DNA from: Mobula hypostoma
Taxonomy: Eukaryota
Direction: 5' to 3'
NCBI RefSeq assembly: GCF_963921235.1
Contig: NC_086109.1
Location: 7,380,001-7,444,000 of the forward strand
Length of the DNA stretch: 64,000 bases
Position numbers and translations under genes: made by a program. Below, piece after piece: positions 50,072 to 63,003 of the stretch. How positions within the stretch are numbered: position 1 is the first letter of the stretch; every line of letters starts with the position of its first letter. Under the pieces are notes generated by a model that ran no database searches, was not told where the DNA came from, and was given only the letters and a program-made list of their open reading frames with translations.

Positions 50072-52494
50072 TCTGGTCAACAACGAGACCAGATTTCGCG
50101 ACCTGGAGTTTGGGGTCCTCATTCATCTTTATCAGCGATTCCTGGGTCAATACCAAATATTGAAGGCCAAAAATCGATTGAAAGTCCCCAAGCTGAGGCC
50201 CAAATAGCTGGGAGCCTGGATCTGTGAGACTCTGCGATCCACTGGGGAAGTCGCAGCCCTAGGTGGCAAATCTGTGAGTGCACTGAAGGATGGAGCTTGG
50301 AGGTGGCCTGCCCTGGCGTTGGAAGACTGTGTACGTGTGTAGGTGCGTGTGTGGGAGGGAGCAACGAGGCTTGTTCTCCTGGTGTTGTTGCTGTGTCGCT
50401 GTTGTTCTGTTTTGTCGTGTTCTGTGTCGTTCTGCTGAGCATTGTGGGCACGCTGTGTTGGCACTGAAATGTATGGTAACACTGGCGGGCTGCCGCCAGC
50501 ACGTCATTAGGCTGCATTAATGCAAACAACACATTTCACTTTATGTTTGATATTTGTTCATTCATTATGACCGTATCGTACAACATAGGTGATCATGGTC
50601 TTTCTATGACCTTGATTGTTTTTGACAAATACTTCGACAGAAGTGGTTTGCCATTGCCTTCTTCTGGGCCGTATCTTTACAAGACAGGAGGCCCCAGCCA
50701 TTATCAATACTCTTCGGAGAATGTCTGCCTGGTGTCAGTGGTCACACAACCAGGACTTGTGATCTGCTCTGGCTGCTCATACGACCATCCACCACCTGCC
50801 CCCATGGGTTCACGTGACCCTGATCGGTGGGGGGGGGGGGGCGGTGGGAGTAAGCAGGTGCTACACTTTGCCCAAGGGTGACCTGCAGGCTAGTGGAGGG
50901 AAGAAGCGTGTGATTGATAAAGTGAATCTGCTGTAAATCACAATCTGTCCCTCCCTCCCCAGATGCTGAGACCGCTGAATAATTCCAAATCTCTCTACTT
51001 TACCTTGTTGATTAATTTATAACTGGCTTATTATAGTTTCATGTATCGCAATACAGAACAAAGGTTTTTGTTGCGTGCCATTCAGACAGTTTATCCAATC
51101 GATAATTACAGGGAAATGGTGCAAAACGGAGAAAAGCAAAGCAGAATTTTGTGTCACAGCTACAGAATTTTGTGTCACAGCTACAGAAAGCATGTAGTAC
51201 AGGCAGACAAATAAACACAGGGGTTCCGATGAAGTGGATTGAGAGATCGGGAATTCATACAGCCCTGCACAACAGTCCTAGGCGCATACGGCTGCCAGGT
51301 TCGGATATGGCCCAAGTGCAGAGTGAGAGACACGGAAGCAGGTCGATAGTTCACAGACTTTAATACGAACAGTGTTAACGGGAAAAGAAAACGCTAGGCC
51401 AAACAGGGCTTTTAACTAAAACTCTCAAAAGGGAAATGAAGCCTACACTGCGGCTGAAAAGAACACCTAAACATTAAACGAATACCGCTAGTCTTCAGAG
51501 GCAGTTGAATTGAAAGTCCAATATTTCAGGGAAGGCCGAATGCAAAACAGCAGCGAAGCATTGCTGTGTTCTGTCCAAGTCTCGACAAGCACTATGATGA
51601 CATGTATGGAGTTAAATACTATCACGATTAAATAATAATTAGCTGATGTGGAAATTCACAAGCACAATTGCCGTATCTACTGTGCTGCTGAATCCGTGGT
51701 TGTGACACATATATACAGCAGTGGTGCCTAAGACTTTTGCACAGTACGGTACTTGTCAACGTGGAGCGGAGAGAGACTTTGTACATCTGGCAGGAGCAAA
51801 GGATGTTGGGAATGGCGAGGGTGGAGTGCCGTGGGGCAAGTGGCAGAGAAGGAGTGCCAGGAGCAGGGGTGGGTGGCGTAGATGCAGACACACCCAGCCC
51901 TGAGATGCCAGGCAAGGTGATTTGATTCCAAACAATTGGCTTATTGATCATTACGAAATGTCTCTCTGGTACTTCCCGCTCCGTCCTCTCTCCCTTCCCC
52001 TTTGCCCAACCATGATTCCCCTCTCCCTTCCCCCTTCCCCCTTCCCACTCTCAGTCCACGATAGAGACCCAGATCAGAATCAGGTTTATCATCACCCGCA
52101 TATGTCATGAAACTTGCTGTTTTTTCAGCAGCAGTTCAGTGCAATACATACAATTGTAGCTATATCTTTGTGCCTAAGACTTTTGCACACTATTGTATGT
52201 GAGATTCATTCAAGAGTCTGACAACAATGAGATAACTCTTTTTGAGACTGAAGGTACGTGTCTCTAACTTTTGTGTCTTGTGAAATGGCCTGTTTTTAGG
52301 ATTACCTTGTTTTTAACAAGTAGCTTGAATTAAATCTGGTCAAAGCTTATTGTATAAAGACTCATTGGAATGAAATGTAACGACTGGTGACATGGAGAAT
52401 GAGCAAACTCGATAGGAACTGCACCGGTGGGCAGGATTGACCGTGCGTCCCCTGTAGCTGAGAGGTGGCAGCATTGTCTGCTCCACCACCGTGC

Positions 52495-53192
52495 TAGTGT
52501 GTGATTCATCACTGACGACCTCGCCTGGCCCCTCAATTTCACTGCCCTGTGCAAGAAGGCACAGCAGTGCCTCCACTTCCTGAGGAGACTGAGGCAAGGT
52601 AGGCTCCCACCCTCCACCCTCACTGAATTTTACGAGAGCACCATTGAGAGCATCCTGAGCAGCTGCGTCTCCATTTAGTATGGGAGCAGCAGAGCATCGG
52701 ATCGGACATCCCTACAAAGGACAGTGAGAATGACTGAGAGGATCATAGGGGTCTCCCTACCATCCATCGGGGACATTTATCAGGAGCACTGCGTATGCAG
52801 GGCCCTTAATATTATCAAGGATCCCACCCGTCCATCCAGCATCCTCTTTGACTTTCTACCATCAGGCAGGAGACTCCGATGCATAAAAACAAGAACGGTC
52901 AGGATAGGGAACAGTTTCTTCCCCCAGGCCATTAGGCTTCTGAACTCCCTGCCGCATTATAGATGTGTCACTGGACAATCAGTTCTGTACTTTACAATAT
53001 TTAATTTACGCATTTTACTTTGTTCATCTTTGTGGAAATTATTTGCAGATATAATTCTTACTTTCCTAAGTTATTGTGCGTTCTATGTTTGTTATGTGTC
53101 CTACTGTGCTTTTCACCCTGGTCTGGGGAAACGTCTCGTTTGGCAGTGTACATGTATAAAGTTAAATGACAATAAACTTGTCCTGACTTGAC
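52495..53192 (+). mobile_element. Rex1/Babar-like LINE 3' fragment
   Basis: ORF 52724..53191: ERIIGVSLP..LPSGRRLR..NSFFPQAIRLLN; aaatgacaataaacttg tail. Confidence 0.85.
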
Positions 53193-54023
53193 CTAACAGC
53201 TCTGTTAACACATTCCTTCTCGGTTGTTTTTCCAGAGGACCTAATGGCAGATGATGGGACGATTAAAGTTAGGAGACTGTCATTGACTATAAAAAGAATC
53301 AGAGTTCCAGCTCCTCCGAGCAATGTCAATTCTGTCAGCTATTTTATTGTTTCCAATCTGCACAGAGTGATGGTGCAAGAAAAACAGAGAGTGAAGTCAA
53401 CGCTGTAATATATGTTAATGAGACAAAGCATTAGAGGACTGGAAAGAGTAAATTATTGATCTGCAGCAGAGCGTTTCTCAATGTATTACACTGAATCTCA
53501 GGGGCACCAGGAAAGGAGAAGTTCTGTGCAAGGCAGTAGCAGCCTTGCCTGGTTTGATTAAATTATTGGACCCTAGAGAAATTCATTCCAGTGGACCTGA
53601 CAGAAAGAGCGAGAGACAGCTAAGTTATGGCCCCCTCATAATAACAGACAGATGTGCGTTTGGGTTAGGTATCAATCCACATGCTTCCATCATCAGACCC
53701 AGGGGAATGCTTTGTTGCAGTATTGTAGAAAGAGAAACAGCGATAAAGGAGAAACATTAACTCCCTGTTTCTTTCTGCACAGATGCCGCCTGACCTGCTG
53801 AATATTTATAAACTTCTATGCTTTTATTTTCAATTTCAATCATCTACACTTTTAAATATTTCCATCTACAGCTGGGGTATCAATAACAAGAGGACACAGG
53901 TTCAAAGGAGGTCTAAATGAGATTTGAAAGGGAGCATTTTGCACAGAGAATGGTTGAAATCTGGAATGTGCTACCAGAGGAAGTGGTGGAAGTCAGATAC
54001 AATCACATTTAAGAGGTGTTTGC

Positions 54024-54538
54024 ATTCAGTGGCCACTTTATTTATAATGCAAATATCTAATCAACCAATCACGTGGAGACAACTCAATGCATAAAAGCAT
54101 GCAGACATGGTCAAGAGGTTCAGTTGTTGTGCAGACCAAACATCAGAATGGGGGAGTAGTCTGATCTAAGTGACTTTGAATGTGGAATGATTGTTGGTGC
54201 CTGATGGGGTGGTTTGCATATCTCAGAAGCTGCTGATCTCCTAGGATTCTCATGCACAACAGTCTCTAGAGTTTACAGAGAATGGTGTGAAAAACAAAAG
54301 AAAATATCCAGTGAGTGGCTGTTCAGTGGATGAAAACGTCTTGTTGATGAGAGAGGTTAGAAGAGAATGACCAGACTGGCTCAATCTGACAGGAACTCAA
54401 ATAACCACATATTACAACAGCGGTGTGCAGAAGAACATCTCTAAACACACATCACATTGAACCTGGAGGTGGATGGGCTACAGCAGCAGAAGACCATGAA
54501 CACATACTCTGTGGCCATTTTATTAAGTACAGGAGGTA
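54024..54538 (+). mobile_element. Tc1-derived non-autonomous transposon
   Basis: Starts cattcagtggccactttatt; same internal sequence as the other copies. Confidence 0.85.
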
Positions 54539-55169
54539 TGGGAGGGGGCCTTAGATTGTAGATGGACTCTTAATTGGAAAGATTGAATCTAATGGGGGCA
54601 AATGGGATCAGTGTAGATGGACAAAAATAACAGCATGAACAAGGTGGGCAGAGTGGCCTGCTTCTCTGCTTCACGGACTCATCACCAAAAAGAGATTTCA
54701 AACACTTTGAGGAAAGTAGATGGACAGTCCGTGAAGAAGGCATGCAAAAGACCTTCTCTTCCTTCAGTGTAAGAGCAGGGATGTCAGTAAGAACTGGGCA
54801 GCTCAGTATGTGGGATTTAATAGGCATATCAAAGTGAAGAGAACGGAGGGATATGGACTCGGTGCAAAGTTTAATGAGCTGTCATTAGCTTAATGTGTCT
54901 AGCTCAACATCATGGGTGAAGGGGTCTGTTCCTGCGCTGTGTTCTATGACACTAGGCATAATTTCTCTTTAGTAATTGCTGTTGGAGTCGCAGAGCTCTA
55001 CAGTAACAGAACAGCCCATCAGCTCATTTGATCCATGCTGAACTATTATTCTGCGTAGTCTCACCGAGCCACATCTGGCCCATGGCCCTCCATAGCCCCC
55101 CGCCCCCAGTAGCGTCACGGAGAACCACATTGCACAAAATGGCCCATCGGCCCATCTAGTCTGTCGCAG

Positions 55170-55465
55170 CCCTTTACACCGGTGGCATGTAGGGCAGCAC
55201 GAAGATCCACCACGGCTGTCTGTTCACACCGGCACACTCAGATGCAGAAGGATTCTTCATTGCTGTTTCCAAACCAACTTTGTTTGACCAGTCGGGGTTG
55301 TTGGCCCCGAGCTGAACCCCTGAACCTGGAGGACCAGTGGACCACTCTTAATCTGACCTCTACCCTTTGACCTGTTTGGCACAGGTGACCCCACCAAGAG
55401 TCAAAACATAAAGCCCTGACTCCAGCCAGCATAACTCTCTGGGTCAGTGAGGCACGCAAGCCTCC
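55170..55465 (-). mobile_element. RTE-derived non-autonomous element
   Basis: aacctggaggaccag and tgacctgtttggcacaggtgacccc motifs resemble RTE 5' UTRs on the reverse strand. Confidence 0.5.
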
Positions 55466-55634
55466 GTTACAGAGCCAAATTTCTTATAATGGGTCAGCAG
55501 GAGTCAGCTGGCCCTTCACACAGACAATCCCAACCCTTCTCTACTTCCCCACACCTTTCATTCACTCCCTTAAACATGCTGACCAAACCACTTCTCTCCT
55601 TTGATCCATTTAGTCACAGGGTCATTTACATAGA

Positions 55635-56168
55635 ATTACTATTACTACTACCACTACGTCGACTCAGCCCTAGGGGGCCGGCGTCGGGCACGATGATGGA
55701 CTCTCCACTTCTCCCTCTCCCTCATCAGTGTGTTCAGTTCATCTACATTAGCCACGCCCCTGTCTTCTAGGAGCGTGTTGACCGTAGTCTTGGGAGGGCG
55801 CCCAGGGTTCATCCTCCCGTGCTTGGGCTCCCATATGATGACTAGGCTGGCAGGTAGCTCGGGGTGGCGTAGACAGTGCCCCGCTAGTTACAGTCTTCTC
55901 GCCTCGATTTTAGTGGTGAGCATCGGTAGATTGTTATAGAGCTCGACGTTCGTCATGTGCTGTTGCCAATTCACGTCAAGAGCCATCCGGAGCATTCGTG
56001 TATAGCAACCATCTAGAGACTTTCGTATAGCCTTAGTGAGTGTCCACATCTCACATCTGTACATGAGAATGGACTCTATGACTGCTATGAAGGTCCTCTT
56101 TTTAAGCCCCCTGGTCAGGTTCGACTTCCAGATTTCCCTCATGTCGTTCATAGCCCTCCACGCCAGCG
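55635..56168 (-). mobile_element. RTE-clade LINE 3' fragment
   Basis: IWKSNL..ESILMY.CE.WTLT..LDGCYTRMLR..RRL.LAGHCLRH..GRPPKT; (TAG/TAA)n tail. Confidence 0.85.
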
Positions 56169-59100
56169 TAAAATTAAACAGCCCAGAAACAGGCCCTTTG
56201 GCCCAACTTGTCCATGCTGACCAGTAGGACCATCTAAGCTAGGCCCATTTGCCCGCATTCGGCCCATATCCTTCTAGACCTATCCTATCTCTGTATTTGT
56301 CCAAGTGTCTTTTAAATGTTGTTCATGGCACTTGGTGTGCACCGCTTTCCATGTACGTACTGCCCTCCAGGCCAGGGGTTCCCAACCCTTTTTATACCTT
56401 GGACCTCTACCATTAAACCAAGGGTCCATGGACTCCTGGTTGGGAACCCGTGCTAGTCTAGGCAAAAAAAGTTGTCCCTCGGTTTCTGATTAAATAGAAC
56501 GTAGAACAGTACAGTGCACCAAAGGCCCTTCAGCCCACAATATCTTGCCAGCCCTTTAACCAACTCTAAGAACAATCTAACTCTTCACACCCACATTTCC
56601 CTGCATTTTTCTTACAACCACGCGCCTACCTAGAGTCTCTTAAATGTCCCTATTGTACTTGCCTCCACCACCGTCATTGACACCCCTCCTTATACTTTCC
56701 TCCAATCACCTTAAAACTATGCCTCCTGTATTTGCCATTTCCACCCATAGATAAAGTCTCCATCTGTTTACTCTATCAGTGCCCTTATCATCTTGTACGT
56801 CTCTATCAAGTCACCTCTTATCCTCCTTCGCTCCAGAAGGAAAAGTTTAAGCTCACTCAGTCTATCCTCATAAGACATGCTCTCTGATCCTGGTAAATTA
56901 AATCTCTCCCGCATCCTCTCGAAAGCATTCACATTCCTCCTACAATGAGGACCCAGAAATAGTACAGAGTGCCAGTATCTGCCAAAGCAGAAATATCTGA
57001 TCATCAAAGATTCAGCAAATTATATAAAAGAAATGATGGGATATTGTGCACTCAGAGCAGGGTTTCAGTTGAGTTCAAGATCCACGGAGAAGAAAACACA
57101 GTCTACAGCAGGGATTCCCAACCATTTTAATGCCATGGACCGTAACTATTTACCAGGAGGTCTCTGGTTTACAGTGTAGGTTGATGACATAAAGTGTCTC
57201 TTGTCTGAAACACTAACTCTGTTTCTCTGACCTCAGAATATGTCCAGCCCTTTAAGGAACACAGAGCCTCTCCAACCCTACGCCCCCGTTGTGGGAGGTG
57301 GAAATGGGAGAGGCCACCCAGCAGGGCTCTGGGGACGCTGTAATTGGCCAAACGCCTGTACAGTGGATACAATCGATTGCAGTAATGTTGATGGACTCCA
57401 ACTATACCATCGACTTTGGACAACGGAGGCGTGAGGTCATCAGTGGCCTGTGCCCCACTGGGAGCTCAGGGGACAAGAAGAAGGGGAAGAGAGAACCTAG
57501 GACAGTAGAGCACACAAAGAGGCCCGTCAGCTCCCACTATCTGTGCTGAGCACACTGTCAAATTAAATGAATTAATTCTGTCTGTGTGTGACCTGCCACC
57601 TCTCCATTCCCCCACACATTATGATTATGATGATTATGAGGATACGCAGTCCCCTTTTATTGTCATTTTGTAATGCATGCATTAAGAAATGATAAAAATG
57701 TTTTTCCAGAATGATATCACGAAAACACATGACAAACAGACTTAAAAACTAACAAAAACCACATAATTATAACATATAGTTACAACAGTGCAAAGCAATA
57801 CCGTAATTTGATAAGAACAGACCATGGGCACGGTAAAAGTCTCAGAGTCTCTCGAAAGTTCCATCATCTCATGCAGACGGTAAACCTCCAGCGCCGCCAA
57901 CTTGCCGATGCAGTATCCTGGAAGCATCCAACCACAGTCCGACTCCGAGTCCATCCGAAAAACTCCGAGCCTCCGACCACCTATTCGACACCGAGCACCG
58001 AGCACTATCTCTGCCGAGCGTTTCGACCCCGTCCCCGGCAACAGGCGATACGCAAAGCCGAGGATTTGGGGCCTTCATCTTCGGAGATTCTCGATCGCGC
58101 AGTAGCAGTGGCAGCGAAGCAGGCATTTCAGAAGTTAATCCAGATGTTCCTCTGCACTTCACAGCTGTCCCCATCAAATCCGGATTGTGCACGGCACCCC
58201 TAGTTACACATATCAATATTCATTTGGAACGGCTGCGCGCGCATGAATTTGTTTCAGACAAATTCATGCATTTGTCTGAAACCCTCTTGAATGACCTTTT
58301 CCAGTTTCCAGCATGTTCAATGCTATTTTCTTTTAGGCTGATGCTTTTTCTTTCTGTTGATAGGGTGTGGAGATGCGGAGGCTCTGGATCTGCCTGGGTT
58401 AGAGAACACATTTCTCCAGACACTGTGAAGAGATTTGACAGAAGTTTATAAAATTCAAAGATTCAAAGTACATTCATTAGCAAAGTATGCATTGCAGTAT
58501 TCAACCCTGAGATTTGTTTTCTCACAGACAGCCACGAGACAAAGAAACACCGTGGAATCTGCTCAAAGGAAACACCAAACTCCCAACGCGCAAAGAAAAA
58601 CAAATCGCGCAAACGGCAAAAAAAAATACACAGAATATTAAATATCAAAGTGCAGGGTCTTCAAGCCAGTCCAGGAATATTCAGTTCAGTTCGGTTTAAT
58701 ACTGTGTCATTCATTGAATGCAGGCTGCAGAGCCAACACGCCACGATCAAAATCACACAAAATAGCAATTTAAAAAAAGGAGTAATCAGAAACCAGAAAC
58801 CTGGACTGTAGCATCCTCTAAAAACGAGTCCAGTCCACAAGCTGCACTGATCAAGCCTTGCCCAAGACCCAAGACTTCGGCACCTTCCTCTGGCAGCAGG
58901 GAGTGAGAGGGAGAGGGAGACCGGTCAAACACTGACAGAAAGACAAAGCTGTTATCTCCTTCCAAGAATCAAAATGTCAAATACTAAAGGGCGAGAAGGT
59001 AACCGTTGAAAGGAGATGTGTGAGGCAGGTTTGTTATGCGATGAATGATGGGTGCCTGGAACTCGAATCGAGGAGAGGAGGTGGAGCAAGATAAGATGGA

Positions 59101-59925
59101 GGCAGAGAGACAAATAAACATGTAGAGAATGGGGAGATAGGGACCATGCACAGGCAGAAGGGATCCATTTTAACAGGCATCATTAGCTTAATTCCTGTTT
59201 AGGAAGCCAGGATCAAACAGAGTGTTTGGGGATCATAAAGAAGCCAGTAAAGAACTCCAGAAGGGAATCAGGAAATCCAGGAGGGGCCATGAAAAATCCT
59301 TGGCAGGTGGGATTAAAGAGAATCCCAAGGCATTCTATATGTCCTACATCAGGAACAAGAGCGAGGATAAAGGGGGTAACATTTGTTTGGATGTGATTGA
59401 TGCAGGTGGGGTTCGTAATGACACTTTACGTCAGTATTTACCAACGAGCCGGACATGGAGGGTAGGGAGATCAGTACTGAGAGTCTCAAATAGGGCAGCG
59501 CTATAGTGTAGCAGTTAGTGCAACACTCTTACAATGCAATGACGCAGGTTCAATTCCCACTACTGTCTGTAAGGAGTTTGTATGTTCTCCCCGTGACCGC
59601 GTGGGTTTCCTGCTGATGCTCCAGTTTCCTCCCCCATCCCAAAGGCATCGGGATTAGGAGGATTGCTGGTCACATGGTTGGCTGGAAGGACCTGTCACGG
59701 TGTCGTATCTCCAAATAACTAGAAGAATAAATAAAAGTTTTTCAGAGTATTTGGTGACAAGCTCAACCTCCTTAACTTCATGAGTAATGAAGCAGCCACT
59801 CTGTTATCATTAGATTAATTAGTGTTATTAGCTTTTATTGCACCATGAGTAAGGTTTCTTGAGGAGGCATTCCAGTATGATGAAGATTATTATAATTCAC
59901 AATCTGTCTGCTCTTTTACCTAGAT

Positions 59926-60173
59926 CATGTAAACATTGCCGAGGGCAGCCAGCTTCATACATCGTGTAAACACCATGTAGACACCATGTAAACTCCATGT
60001 AAACATTGCCGAGGGCAGCCAGCTTCATACATCGTGTAAACACCATGTAGACACCATGTAAACTCCATGTAAGCTCTGCCGAGGGCAGCCAGCTTCATAC
60101 ATCGTGTAAACACCATGTAGACACCATGTAAACTCCGTGTAAACTCTGCCGAGGGCAGCCAGCTTCACACATC
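59926..60173. repeat. 70-bp tandem repeat, about 3.5 near-identical copies, with 11-bp subrepeats
   Basis: gccgagggcagccagcttca recurs at 59938, 60008, 60078 and 60148. Confidence 0.95.
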
Positions 60174-61117
60174 ATTCAGCTATCCAGCAAATCATTGATG
60201 GTTTCTCTCCCCCATAGGTCCTGTGTTCCAGTTGTTCAGCTCTTTGCTTCGTCCGCTCATCACCTTTCAACTTCTGACACCATTTGCACTCCCTGCACAC
60301 CCCCAGCTACCAATCTTCCTCCCTCCTCCTACTTAGATCAACCTATCACCCACCACCTCTCCCCCTCTCCCCACCCTTTTATTCTGGCTTCAGCCCTCTT
60401 GTTTCCCAGTCCAGGTGAAGGGTCTAGACCAGAAACACCGACTGTCCATTTCCCTCCACAGATGCAGCTTGGCCTGTTAATTTGCTCCGGCTCTTTGAAT
60501 GTTGTACCAGAATTGAAGCATCTGCAGCCTCTCATGTGTCCTGGACTGTAACTTTGAGCGCTTTGTCGACCCGCTTAGTATTTCCAGTATTTTTCATTTT
60601 AGCTTCACACAGTCCATCACAGGTAAAAGTCTCCCAACCATTGAGCACATCTACATGAACTGCTGTCACAGGAAAGCAGCATCCATCCTCAGGGACCACC
60701 AGCACCTAGGACATGCTCTCTTCTCACTGCTTCCATCAGGAAGGTGGTACAGGAGCCTCAGGGCTCACAGCATCAGGTTCAGGAACAGTTATTACCCCTC
60801 AATCATCAGGCTCCCCCAGAGCATATTCAATTTCACAAGTGAACAGTTGTACATTTCAAAGAGAATGGCCGTAAGACTGGGGCACTCCACCAATTTCAGG
60901 AACAGTTAATACCCCTCAACCATCAGGCTCCTGAACCAAAGGGGATAACTTCACTCAACTTCATTTGCCTCATCATTGAATTGTTTCCACAACCTATGGA
61001 CTCACTTTCAAGGACTCTTCATCTCATGTTCTCAATACTTTCTGCTTTATTTATTTATTATTAGTATTATTTCTTCTTGTACTTGCACAGTTTTTTGTCT
61101 TCTACACTCTGGTTGAA

Positions 61118-62311
61118 AGCCATAAGACAAAGGAGCAGAAGTCGGCCATTCGGCCCATCGAATCTGCTCCGCCATTTTATCATGAGCTGATCCATTCTCC
61201 CATTTAGTCCCACTCCCCCACCTTCTCACCATAACCTTTGATGCCCTGGCTACTCAGATACCTATCCATCTCTGCCTTAAATACACCCAATGACTTGGCC
61301 TCCACTGCTGCCCGTGGCAACAAAGTCCATAGATTCACCACCCTCTGGCTAAAAAAATTTCTTTGCATCTCTGTTCTGAATGGGCGCCCTTCAATCCTTA
61401 AGTCATGCCCTCTCGTACTAGTCTCCCCCGTCATGGGAAACAACTTTGCCACATCCACTCTGTCCATGCCTTTCAACATTCAAAATGTTTCTATAAGGTC
61501 TCCCCTCATTCTTTGAAACTCCAAGGAATACAGTCCAAGAGTGGACAAACGTTCCTCATATGTTAACCCTCTCATTCCCGAAATCATTCTAGTGAATCTT
61601 CTCTGTACCCTCTCCAACGTTAGCACATCCTTTCTTAAATAAGGAGACCAAAACTGTCCACAGTACTCCAAGTGAGGCCTCACCAGCGCCTTATAGAGCC
61701 TCAACACCACATCCCTGCTCCTATACTCTATTCCTCTAGAAATGAATGCCAACATTGCATTCGCCTTCTTCACTACCGACTCAACCTGGAGGTTAACCTT
61801 AAGGGTATCCTGTACAAGGACTCCCAAGTCCCATTGCATCTCAGAACTTTGAATTCTTTCCCCATTTAAATAATAGTCTGCCCACTTATTACTTCTGCCA
61901 AAGTGCATAACCATACACTTTCCAACATTGTACTTCATTTGCCACTTCTTTGCCCAATCTTCCAATCTATCCAAGTCTCTCTGCAGACTCTCCTTTTCCT
62001 CAGCACTACCAGCCCCTCCACCTATCTTTATATCATCAGCAAACTTAGCCACAAAGCCATCTATTCCATAATCCAAATCGTTAATGTACAATGTTAAAAG
62101 AAGCAGCCCCAACACGGGCCCCTGTGGAACACCACTGGTAACCGGCAGCCAACCAGAATAGGATCCCTTTATTCCCACTCTCTGTTTCCTGCCAATCAGC
62201 CAACGCTCTATCCACGTATGTAACGTTCCCGTAACTCCATGGGCTCTTATCTTGTTAAGTAGCCTCATGTGTGGCACCTTGTCAAAGGCCTTTTGAAAAT
62301 CCAAATATACA
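61118..62311 (-). mobile_element. Young 5'-truncated CR1 LINE
   Basis: ORF 61480..62460(-): VYLDFQKAFDKVPH, SGVPQG, KFADD, LVRPHLEYC. ORF 61204..61479 continues to the C-terminus after one stop. Confidence 0.95.
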
Positions 62312-62844
62312 GTTTTTTCACTGATTCTGTTATGGTTACTGTTTGATAGATTTATTGAGTATGCCCATGAGAAAATGAATCTCAGTGTTGTATATGGTGA
62401 CTTATATGTACTTTGATAATTAAACGTGTTGTACCTTGGATCTTGATGCTCTGGATGCAAAAAGGTAACTCTTCGATTAGTGTTTCACCCAATCAAAACT
62501 CACTGAGAAGTATTTGCTCCAAATGCAGAAACTGATATTTATAGCCCTCCCAGTAATAGAACAACAGCCTGCTGATGGGTTCCAGACTATGTACATTTCT
62601 TCAAGACAAAGGGGTGGAAGAAATCGTGACTGCAGCTCCACTTTCTTAGAAGTTCAAGGAAATTTGGCATTTTGTTGCAGACTCTGTCAAAGTTCGACAG
62701 ATATTGTGTGGAAAGCATTCTGACAGGTTGCATTATGACCGTATATGGGAACTCCAGTGCACTGAAATGCAAGAGGCTACTGGTGAAGGGCAGCCAGTTC
62801 CATCACGGGTACAGCTCACCCCACCAGCGAGGACCTCGACAAGG

Positions 62845-63003
62845 GGTATCTGAGTAGCCAGGGCATCAAAGGTTATGGTGAGAAGGCGGGGGAGTGGGAC
62901 TAAATGGGAGAATGGATCAGCTCATGATAAAATGGCGGAGCAGACTCGATGGGCCGAATGGCCGACTTCTGCTCCTTTGTCTTATGGTCTTATTGTCTTA
63001 TGG
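62845..63003 (+). mobile_element. CR1 3' end, same subfamily as 61118-62311
   Basis: 62845-62987 is the reverse complement of 61120-61262 with 2 mismatches; tcttatgg tail repeats. Confidence 0.9.

Larger units (their letters stand above)
46833..50118. repeat. 44-bp minisatellite (roughly 37 units) interrupted by two insertions
   Basis: Consensus gaggcctagtgttcagggtccagtcatcagtgagaccagagttc; the period is visible from gccta at 46855 and 46899. Confidence 0.95.

Noticed and set aside
46833..50118. CRISPR array or immunoglobulin switch region
   Set aside because: Units are contiguous with no unique spacers, there are no cas genes, the context is eukaryotic, and the array is not AGCT-rich.
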